Positions 40,962 to 47,067 of a stretch of 47,067 nucleotides of DNA are shown piece by piece. Position numbers and translations under genes: made by a program. The DNA comes from Fidelibacterota bacterium. GTDB taxonomy: Bacteria; Fidelibacterota; Marinisomatia; Marinisomatales; UBA8229. The DNA lies in the NCBI GenBank assembly GCA_012964235.1, contig DTUJ01000094.1:1-47067 (forward strand), given 5' to 3'. The notes beneath the pieces are model-generated. The model saw nothing but the letters and a program-made list of their open reading frames with translations, had not been told where the DNA came from and did not search any database. Every line of letters starts with the position of its first letter. Position 1 is the stretch's first letter.

Positions 40962-41417
40962 TTAAATCTGCTTAAAATGGTGAAATGGTTCTAAACAATC
41001 TAAACATTTATACAAAGCCTTACAGGCGGTGGAACCAAATTCGCTAATGACTTCGACCTGTTGAGATTCACACTGGGGACAGGCCACTTCCAAAGAAGGT
41101 GGTGCAATTCCGGATTTTTTCAGCTTTGTTTTTACGGCATCGTTCATCCAGTCCGTGGTCCAAGGCGGAGCCAGGGAAATGTCAATTTGGTAATTAGTGA
41201 TACCATCTGTTTCCAAATGACGGACGATTTCCTCTTTCATAAAAGAAAATGCGGGGCAGCCGCTGTAGGTTGGTGTGATGGTAATTTTGAGTTGATTATT
41301 ATTAAATTCTACATTCCGTACGATTCCTAAATCTACTATAGATACAGCAGGAATTTCAGGGTCGGGAATAGTCTTTAATAATTCCCAAATTACCGTAGTG
41401 GAAATTTCCTTTACCAT
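40962..41417 (-). CDS. paaD: Phenylacetyl-CoA epoxidase subunit D (DUF59/SufT-like + Cys-rich C-terminus)
   Basis: 151 aa. It has the blocks DPEIPAVSIVDLGIV, TPTYSGCPA and the C-terminal CPQC...CKALYKCLDC. It overlaps paaC by 7 nt. Confidence 0.8.
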   Translation of the reverse strand: MVKEISTTVIWELLKTIPDPEIPAVSIVDLGIVRNVEFNNNQLKITITPTYSGCPAFSFMKEEIVRHLETDGITNYQIDISLAPPWTTDWMNDAVKTKLKKSGIAPPSLEVACPQCESQQVEVISEFGSTACKALYKCLDCLEPFHHFKQI

Positions 41418-42166
41418 TTGGCATCAGGATAGGCACGTTGAAGATACTGCATATCCGATAATAAATGTCCCAAATGTTCAGTATGAATTCCCTCCCTGCC
41501 GCCAGTAGTCATGTGGATATTCTCAGGTCTCTTCAAGGTGGCCTCTGCAAGGACTTCATCAATTATTTTAATCCATTCCTGTTTTAGTGATGAACAATCA
41601 ACACCTATTTTCTGCTGAAGCATTTCATTATCAATCTCATTCATCTCAAATAATTCATTGGTGAACATCCATAAATTATCAATAGCTGACTGGACCTTCG
41701 TATGGCTTTCCGCTGTGCCAACACCCAATCGGATGACCCACTTCGATGAATGGCGAAAATGATAGGCAGTTTCCTTAATGGATTTTTGGGCAATGGCTGA
41801 TAGTTGTTCATCCTTACTTCCAGTTAATTTCTGTAAAAATAATTTATAAAATGCATCCAGAAAAAACTGGCGCACCATAGTATCTGCAAAATTCCCATTG
41901 GGCCGTTCAAAGAGAATACGATTGGTGAATTGCCTTTCATTTCGTTTAAAAGCAAGATCGTCTGCTGTGATACCATTTCCTTTTAGAGTGGCAGCATATT
42001 CCAATAATAAATTGGCTCTGCCAAACATATCTAGCGAGATGTTGCTGAGTGCAATATCTTCTTCCAGAAAAGGAGCTCTGTATGCCCACTGGGACAGCCG
42101 CTGGCCTAAAATGAGGGCATCATCTCCAAGAGCCAGTACATATTTATAGAGCGAATCTTTAGCCAT
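41411..42166 (-). CDS. paaC: Phenylacetyl-CoA epoxidase structural subunit C
   Basis: 251 aa. It has a ferritin-like helical pattern and the N-terminus LALGDDALILGQRLSQW...PFLEEDIALSNISLD, typical of PaaC. It lies between paaB and paaD. Confidence 0.8.
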   Translation of the reverse strand: MAKDSLYKYVLALGDDALILGQRLSQWAYRAPFLEEDIALSNISLDMFGRANLLLEYAATLKGNGITADDLAFKRNERQFTNRILFERPNGNFADTMVRQFFLDAFYKLFLQKLTGSKDEQLSAIAQKSIKETAYHFRHSSKWVIRLGVGTAESHTKVQSAIDNLWMFTNELFEMNEIDNEMLQQKIGVDCSSLKQEWIKIIDEVLAEATLKRPENIHMTTGGREGIHTEHLGHLLSDMQYLQRAYPDAKW

Positions 42167-42453
42167 TATAATCCTTTTGCTTTTTTCGACACCTTAAAGA
42201 AAGCGGGATAGCGATACACTTTATCATCTGCCGGATCAAAAAATGAAGCTTGATCTTCAGGACTGGAGGAGACGATGTTTTCCGTTTTTACTACCCAAAT
42301 ACAAGTACCTTCCTGACGGCGGGTGTAAAGTTCTCGGGCATTCTGGAGAGCCATTTCCTTATCCGTGGCATGAACATTTCCAGCATGCTGAAATGATGCC
42401 CCGGTTTTGGGCTGGATAAATACTTCCCAGGCTGGTATTTTTTTTTCACTCAT
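42166..42453 (-). CDS. paaB: Phenylacetyl-CoA epoxidase subunit B
   Basis: 95 aa starting at the internal ATG ([29 protein letters not shown]...YTRR). The size and sequence are typical of PaaB. Its ATG overlaps the paaA stop (42450-42453). Confidence 0.85.
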   Translation of the reverse strand: MSEKKIPAWEVFIQPKTGASFQHAGNVHATDKEMALQNARELYTRRQEGTCIWVVKTENIVSSSPEDQASFFDPADDKVYRYPAFFKVSKKAKGL

Positions 42454-43385
42454 TTCAAATCTCCGTTTTGTGTTTTTTCTGCGTAAGCCAATGCTGCCTC
42501 CCGCACCCAATTGCCTTCAGTGTGTGCATTGGTGTGATTATTAATTCGTTCTTTATTGCAGAATCCATTACCATTTACTACTTCCCAGAACTCCTCCCAG
42601 TCAATTTCACCAAAATCATAATGTTTGGATTCAGGATTCCATTTGAGATCGGGATCGGGAATTTCCAATCCTATGAGATCCGCCTGCTTCACAGTCCTGT
42701 CCACAAAAAGCTGGCGTAGATCATCATTGGTTCCCCGCTTAATTTTCCATTTCATGGCATTGGATGTATGGGCTGAATCTGAATCGTGGGGACCGAACAT
42801 CATAAGAGCTGGCCACCACCAGCGGTTCAGGGAATCCTGTGCCATTTCCTGCTGCTCTGGAGTTCCGTTGGACATTTTAGACATGATCTCATAGCCTTGG
42901 CGTTGATGGAAACTCTCTTCTTTACAAATCCTGATCATAGCGCGGGAATAGGGGCCATAGGATGTCCTGCGCAAAGATTGCTGGTTCACAATTGCTGCCC
43001 CGTCAACCAGCCATCCGATAGCGCCCATATCTGCCCAGCTTAGTGTGGGATAATTAAAGATACTTGAATATTTTGCCTTCCCTGTCTGAAGCTGCTCAAT
43101 TAATTCGCTGCGGGTAATTCCTAGTGTTTCAGTGGCACTATACAGGTACAAACCATGTCCAGCTTCATCCTGAACTTTAGCAATGAGCACCATTTTTGCT
43201 CTCAAAGATGGCGCACGAGTGATCCAGTTACCTTCAGGCTGCATACCGATGATTTCCGAATGGGCATGCTGTGATATCTGTCGAATAAGATGCTTGCGGT
43301 ATTTATCCGGCATCCAGTCTTTCGGCTCAATTTTTAATCCAGCATCAATTTTATCCTGAAATAACTGTTCTTTTTTTTCAGTCAT
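42450..43385 (-). CDS. paaA: Phenylacetyl-CoA 1,2-epoxidase catalytic subunit A (di-iron)
   Basis: About 311 aa from the ATG at 43385 ([10 protein letters not shown]...). The blocks [27 protein letters not shown] and EESFHQRQG are the di-iron ligand blocks of PaaA. The tracked TTG start at 43430 is less likely. Confidence 0.85.
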   Translation of the reverse strand: MTEKKEQLFQDKIDAGLKIEPKDWMPDKYRKHLIRQISQHAHSEIIGMQPEGNWITRAPSLRAKMVLIAKVQDEAGHGLYLYSATETLGITRSELIEQLQTGKAKYSSIFNYPTLSWADMGAIGWLVDGAAIVNQQSLRRTSYGPYSRAMIRICKEESFHQRQGYEIMSKMSNGTPEQQEMAQDSLNRWWWPALMMFGPHDSDSAHTSNAMKWKIKRGTNDDLRQLFVDRTVKQADLIGLEIPDPDLKWNPESKHYDFGEIDWEEFWEVVNGNGFCNKERINNHTNAHTEGNWVREAALAYAEKTQNGDLK

Positions 43386-43647
43386 ATTTACACTTCTTGA
43401 AAACTGGAATAAATACAATTTTGGCAGCAATATTTCATGATTATTACACGAAAATATAATAAAAAATAGTCATCTACTTTCAGATCAAAATCTTCTGTTT
43501 ATTCCAAAATATTTATAATGAATTTTCTTCTAAAAAGATTTGATAAATACGTATGTAAGTATTTGGGTAAATTTCACGATTGAGAAAAAAATAATGTTTT
43601 CATTAATTTATCAACTTTTAAACCAGTAAGACTACGAACCAAAAAAA

Positions 43648-45015
43648 TTGGTCGAAAAAATTGAATTAACCAGCAATTCAGAACTTTCAGAGATGCCATT
43701 TCCATTGAACTCCGAATCAATAGATGATATTATTCATCAAAACGATATTGATCTCAATTTAATAAGTATCAGAGAGCTCCAAAGCTTGGTAAACAAACTG
43801 GCAGATAAATTTTCAGTTGATTTTTTACGTTTTGAATTTGGAATCCCCGGCCTGAAATCAAACCCAATTGGACCAAGTGAAGAAATAAAAATGTTAACCG
43901 AAAACGAAATGCTGCCTTCAACCTATCCTCCATTTGATGGTATTCCAAGACTAAAGAATGCAACTGTTGAATTTGCACGCCAATTTTTAGATATCCATGT
44001 CTCTCCAAATAATTGCATCCCAACTGTCGGTGCTATGCATGGATGTTTCATCAGCCTGGCAATCTCTGGTAGACGAAAAGAAGTCTCTGATACAATTTTA
44101 TTTATCGACCCGGGATTTCCTGTAAATAAATTACAAACCCAGTTTTTAGGATTGCAAAACATGTCTATTGATTTGTGGGATTACAGAGGAAAATCATTGG
44201 GTGATAAATTAGAAGAATTATTTTCTACCGGGAAAATCGGAGGGTTGCTGTGGTCAAGCCCGAATAATCCCACATGGACCTGTTTGACGGAAACTGAATT
44301 AGAAATGATTGGAAAACTACTTACCAAGCACGATGTAATTGGGATTGAAGATTCAGCATATTTGGGGATGGATTTCCGTTATGACTATAGCAAACCAGGA
44401 CAATCTCCATTTCAACCGACAATAGCAAAGTTTACTGAAAATTATTTTATTATAATCTCAAGCTCAAAAATATTCAGTTATGCAGGACAAAGAATAAGTG
44501 TTACAATATCCTCTGAATCATTAATGACGAGAAAATATCCGTATTTGAAAAAATACTTTAATTCAAAAACCATTCTAAGCGCATTTATTCATGGTGGTAT
44601 ATATCCAACCACTGCAGGGGTTCCTCAAACTACTCAACATGCATTAGCAGCATTTTTTGAATCTGCATGTACAGGTGAATTCGATTTCTTAGACAGCCTA
44701 AAGGTTTACAAAGTTAGAGCAAAAAAGGCAAAAGAGATATTTTTAAAAAACGGATTTACACTGGCTTACCCGGATGACAGAGGAAAACCCCTGGGAGATG
44801 GTTTTTACTTCACAATTCAAAGAGGAGATTTAACCAGTGGTGAATTATTATATTATCTGCTTCAGTTTGGGCTTGCTGGCATACCTCTTGATATTACCGG
44901 AAGTAAGAAAAAGGGTGTTCGAATTTGCATTTCACTGGTACACCAAAATCAATATCCGGAATTAGACAATAGAGTAAAAGCACTTAATAAATTTTTAACC
45001 AATCTCAATAAATAA
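43648..45015 (+). CDS. Class I/II PLP-dependent aminotransferase
   Basis: 455 aa with a TTG start; an alternative ATG lies at 43693. It has fold-type I blocks (SSPNNPTW, IEDSAYLGMDF, ISSSKIFSYAGQRIS with the PLP lysine). It is divergent from paaA. Confidence 0.7.
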   Translation: MVEKIELTSNSELSEMPFPLNSESIDDIIHQNDIDLNLISIRELQSLVNKLADKFSVDFLRFEFGIPGLKSNPIGPSEEIKMLTENEMLPSTYPPFDGIPRLKNATVEFARQFLDIHVSPNNCIPTVGAMHGCFISLAISGRRKEVSDTILFIDPGFPVNKLQTQFLGLQNMSIDLWDYRGKSLGDKLEELFSTGKIGGLLWSSPNNPTWTCLTETELEMIGKLLTKHDVIGIEDSAYLGMDFRYDYSKPGQSPFQPTIAKFTENYFIIISSSKIFSYAGQRISVTISSESLMTRKYPYLKKYFNSKTILSAFIHGGIYPTTAGVPQTTQHALAAFFESACTGEFDFLDSLKVYKVRAKKAKEIFLKNGFTLAYPDDRGKPLGDGFYFTIQRGDLTSGELLYYLLQFGLAGIPLDITGSKKKGVRICISLVHQNQYPELDNRVKALNKFLTNLNK

Positions 45016-45108
45016 TGGAAAAATAATTAATCCATAAAAATTGAAAACAAGTGAAGTCTTTTACTAATTAATTCTATACTAAACGCTTCAATCCCCAATA
45101 TTCTTTTT

Positions 45109-46365
45109 ATGAAATTTAAGACATTTCTCCTCTTCGTAGTATTCATTCAACTGACCTATCCTTCTGAAAAAAACATTAACCATAAGAGTTCACCAAATAA
45201 AAACAAAACAATCATTTTAAATGGAATTGATATTTTATTAGATAAATATCATTCCAAAATCAAAGGATTCTCACTAGCTCTTGTTACGAACCAGACGGGA
45301 ATTGATAAAAATGGGATTCCTAATTTTGAGCGATTGATGGAATTAGAAGATGTTCATCTTAAAATTATATTCTCCCCTGAGCACGGACTCTTTGGAGAAA
45401 AAGTTGCTGGACAAGAACTCAGCTACACTAACATAATACTAAATTTCCCAAAAGTCTTTAGTTTATATAACAATACAAAAAAGCCAACACCTGAAATGCT
45501 GACAGGAATTGATTTGATATTATATGATATCCAAGACATTGGCGCTCGATTTTACACATATATTTCTACATTGGGACTAGTAATGGAAACAGCAGGCGAA
45601 CTAGGAATTCCAATTTGGATATTAGATCGGCCAAACCCTATTTCCGGAATTCAAATTGAAGGACCAATTCTTGATATAACTCACAAATCGTTCGTAGGAT
45701 ATTATCCCATCCCAATCCGCTATGGTCTTACAGTTGGAGAGCTAGGTACAATGATTATCTCAGAAAAGTGGATTGATCCCGCTCCAGAACTAACGGTTAT
45801 CCTGATGGAAGGGTGGAATAGGAATCTCTGGTTCGATGAAACAGATTTAATGTGGATAAGTCCTTCTCCCAACATTCCAGATCTAGAAACGGCGATTCTT
45901 TATCCTGGGATTTGTCTTCTTGAAGGAACAAACATCAGCGAAGGCCGAGGAACCCTGCACCCTTTCAAGTGGATTGGAGCACCATGGATTGATGGTGAGA
46001 CCCTATCTAAAGAATTAAATAAGAAAAATCTCCCTGGGGTTTCATTCAATCCAATTGTATTTACACCCGTTGATATACCTGGAAAAGCTCTAAATCCAAA
46101 GTATAATAATAAAACGTGTTTTGGTGTTGAAATCATGATAATAAACAGGGACTTTTATGAGAGTGTTCGTGTTGGTATTCAAATATTATCTGTGATTAAT
46201 GAACTTTATCCTACTATGATAAAATACAAACCATTTTTAATTAAACTTTGGGGATCCGATGAATTACCCGCTCACATAAAAACAAAGGCATCTACAAATC
46301 AATTAATTGATTCAATTAAAGAAAAATTGAGAATAGTTAACTATACAGAATATTTCCAGTACTAA
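45109..46365 (+). CDS. DUF1343 (NamZ-like exo-beta-N-acetylmuramidase family) protein
   Basis: 418 aa with a signal peptide. The blocks LALVTNQTGID, IFSPEHGLFG, ILYDIQDIGARFYTYISTL, LDRPNPISG and LLEGTNISEGRGT are typical of DUF1343. Confidence 0.75.
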   Translation: MKFKTFLLFVVFIQLTYPSEKNINHKSSPNKNKTIILNGIDILLDKYHSKIKGFSLALVTNQTGIDKNGIPNFERLMELEDVHLKIIFSPEHGLFGEKVAGQELSYTNIILNFPKVFSLYNNTKKPTPEMLTGIDLILYDIQDIGARFYTYISTLGLVMETAGELGIPIWILDRPNPISGIQIEGPILDITHKSFVGYYPIPIRYGLTVGELGTMIISEKWIDPAPELTVILMEGWNRNLWFDETDLMWISPSPNIPDLETAILYPGICLLEGTNISEGRGTLHPFKWIGAPWIDGETLSKELNKKNLPGVSFNPIVFTPVDIPGKALNPKYNNKTCFGVEIMIINRDFYESVRVGIQILSVINELYPTMIKYKPFLIKLWGSDELPAHIKTKASTNQLIDSIKEKLRIVNYTEYFQY

Positions 46366-46420
46366 TTCAATAGTAAATATTCAAAAAAATTCAAGAGCAA
46401 AAGGTTAATCCCTCAAATAG

Positions 46421-47067
46421 TCAGTCTTTTATATAAAACTGTTCTTTTTGCGGTGTCAAAGGACGTCCCATCCAAAGGGGTCTGCGCAAACCATTTGGAT
46501 GCGTTTCCCGTTCTTTTGCCCAACCATTCCACTTTTTAAAATGTTCAAAGGATTTATTCGTATCCACAAAAACATCGCCATATTTCTCATCAGGTTTTGG
46601 TTTAGAAATGCTCACTTTCTGAAGCCAACAGTGAGCACCGGAAATTGGATCAGGATTTACCGCATGGGTAATATTTTGATGGACACCGCCATCCCGCCAC
46701 CAAACACGATTCGTGTCAGGATCTTTCGATTCCCACGGCTCTATTCCGCTCACCGTTCGCATCTGCCATTTCCCATCACCCATGTTTCGTATGTCTACCG
46801 TATTGCTCATGAGACGATTCCCTGCGTCTTGCTGACGTCGCCATCTGCCAATATGATGGGAACAAGCCACCACGCCCGGCTTAATGGCTTCCGTCACCCA
46901 AACTTTATCAATGAACCACCCGATTTCTGTTGTGATTTTAAGTAAATCGCCATTGTCCACTCCAAGGCGTTTTGCATCTTTTGTATGAATCCAAATGGGA
47001 TTTTTATGGGCGATTTCCGTCAGCCATTTTGCATTGGCCGATCGAGAATGAATATGGGTGGGTAATC
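46421..47067 (-). CDS. Molybdopterin oxidoreductase catalytic subunit, C-terminal part (5' end outside the window)
   Basis: The frame is open to the window edge. The block ...IWIHTKDAKRLGVDNGDLLKITTEIGWFIDKVWVTEAIKPGVVACSHHIG is the typical MopB C-terminal molybdopterin-dinucleotide-binding barrel. A ~130-aa tail follows. Substrate class cannot be assigned. Confidence 0.6.
   Translation of the reverse strand, partial: LPTHIHSRSANAKWLTEIAHKNPIWIHTKDAKRLGVDNGDLLKITTEIGWFIDKVWVTEAIKPGVVACSHHIGRWRRQQDAGNRLMSNTVDIRNMGDGKWQMRTVSGIEPWESKDPDTNRVWWRDGGVHQNITHAVNPDPISGAHCWLQKVSISKPKPDEKYGDVFVDTNKSFEHFKKWNGWAKERETHPNGLRRPLWMGRPLTPQKEQFYIKD

Noticed and set aside
43565-43574. A third GGGTAAATTT hit upstream of the aminotransferase gene, and a vaguely similar string (CAGGGATGAATTTAATCGGTGAGGGAAAAAC, about 24941-24971) upstream of the hisC-like gene. 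These might be further copies of the 87-145/5348-5440 element.
   Set aside because: They share only the 9-10-nt GGGTAAATT-like core or loose similarity. The CAAATTGATTCC box and the AGAGA extension are absent. Matches of this length are expected by chance in 47 kb of AT-rich DNA.
1-47067. A search by eye for rRNA, tRNA, tmRNA, CRISPR arrays, IS elements/transposases, integrases, toxin-antitoxin pairs or known defence genes.
   Set aside because: None was recognised. Intergenic regions are short (the longest is 346 nt), AT-rich, and lack tRNA-like T-loop motifs or regularly spaced direct repeats. Every large ORF has a metabolic or envelope-type assignment. This is a visual inspection only; tRNAscan, Infernal and ISfinder-type searches would be needed to exclude small elements.
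46421-47067. Assigning the truncated molybdopterin oxidoreductase to a specific respiratory class (polysulfide, tetrathionate, arsenate, ACIII-type) and treating its ~130-aa C-terminal tail as unusual.
   Set aside because: Only the C-terminal barrel and tail are in the window. The diagnostic N-terminal Fe-S/TAT motifs and the active-site ligand lie outside it, so any class call would be a guess.

Overview
This is a 47-kb chromosomal segment that is AT-rich overall but compositionally mosaic. It probably comes from a Gram-negative, FCB-group/Bacteroidota-like bacterium: it has a CBM9/DUF5916-type outer-membrane protein, lipobox and signal-peptide proteins, a fused alpha/beta 2-oxoacid dehydrogenase E1, and a long eukaryote-like TDO. 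I support about 50 protein genes, mostly tightly packed and often with overlapping stop/start codons. Aromatic amino-acid catabolism dominates the window. (1) A 10-gene minus-strand operon (15310-24921) encodes the complete Trp -> kynurenine -> 3-hydroxyanthranilate pathway. It carries both exits: nadC to NAD, and ACMSD/aldehyde dehydrogenase/RidA to catabolism. (2) A plus-strand Tyr/homogentisate module lies at 25121-30915: hisC-like aminotransferase, hppD, hmgA, an FAH-family hydrolase and two flavin reductases. (3) A minus-strand phenylacetyl-CoA (paa) cluster, paaABCD-G-H-J-(ydeI-like)-Y-Z plus an enoyl-CoA hydratase and the fused E1, spans 31518-43385, with a Ni-superoxide dismutase just downstream. 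The left third (1-15141) is accessory-looking. It holds an aldo-keto reductase, an EamA transporter, a DUF35/Cys-less thiolase-like pair, a decayed membrane-protein gene, a GT2 / nucleosidase-like / SPL-family radical-SAM operon, an FGE-family protein, a PQQ-type sugar dehydrogenase, and GYD and unknown proteins. I recognised no rRNA, tRNA, CRISPR array, transposase, integrase or DNA-binding regulator. The best candidates for undescribed biology are these. (i) The translationally coupled GT2 / PNP-fold nucleosidase-like / SPL radical-SAM operon at 8835-11486. (ii) The thiolase-superfamily protein lacking the nucleophilic Cys, paired with a DUF35 zinc-ribbon protein, in a GC-rich patch. (iii) A modular intergenic element present in two copies that bracket that patch. 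(iv) An SDR without a YxxxK motif, wedged into the kynurenine operon. (v) A NiSOD with a signal-peptide-like leader and no adjacent maturation peptidase. (vi) A paa cluster lacking paaE/paaK but carrying a 2-oxoacid dehydrogenase E1 and an aminotransferase. All family assignments come from motif and architecture recognition by eye. No database search or computation was run.
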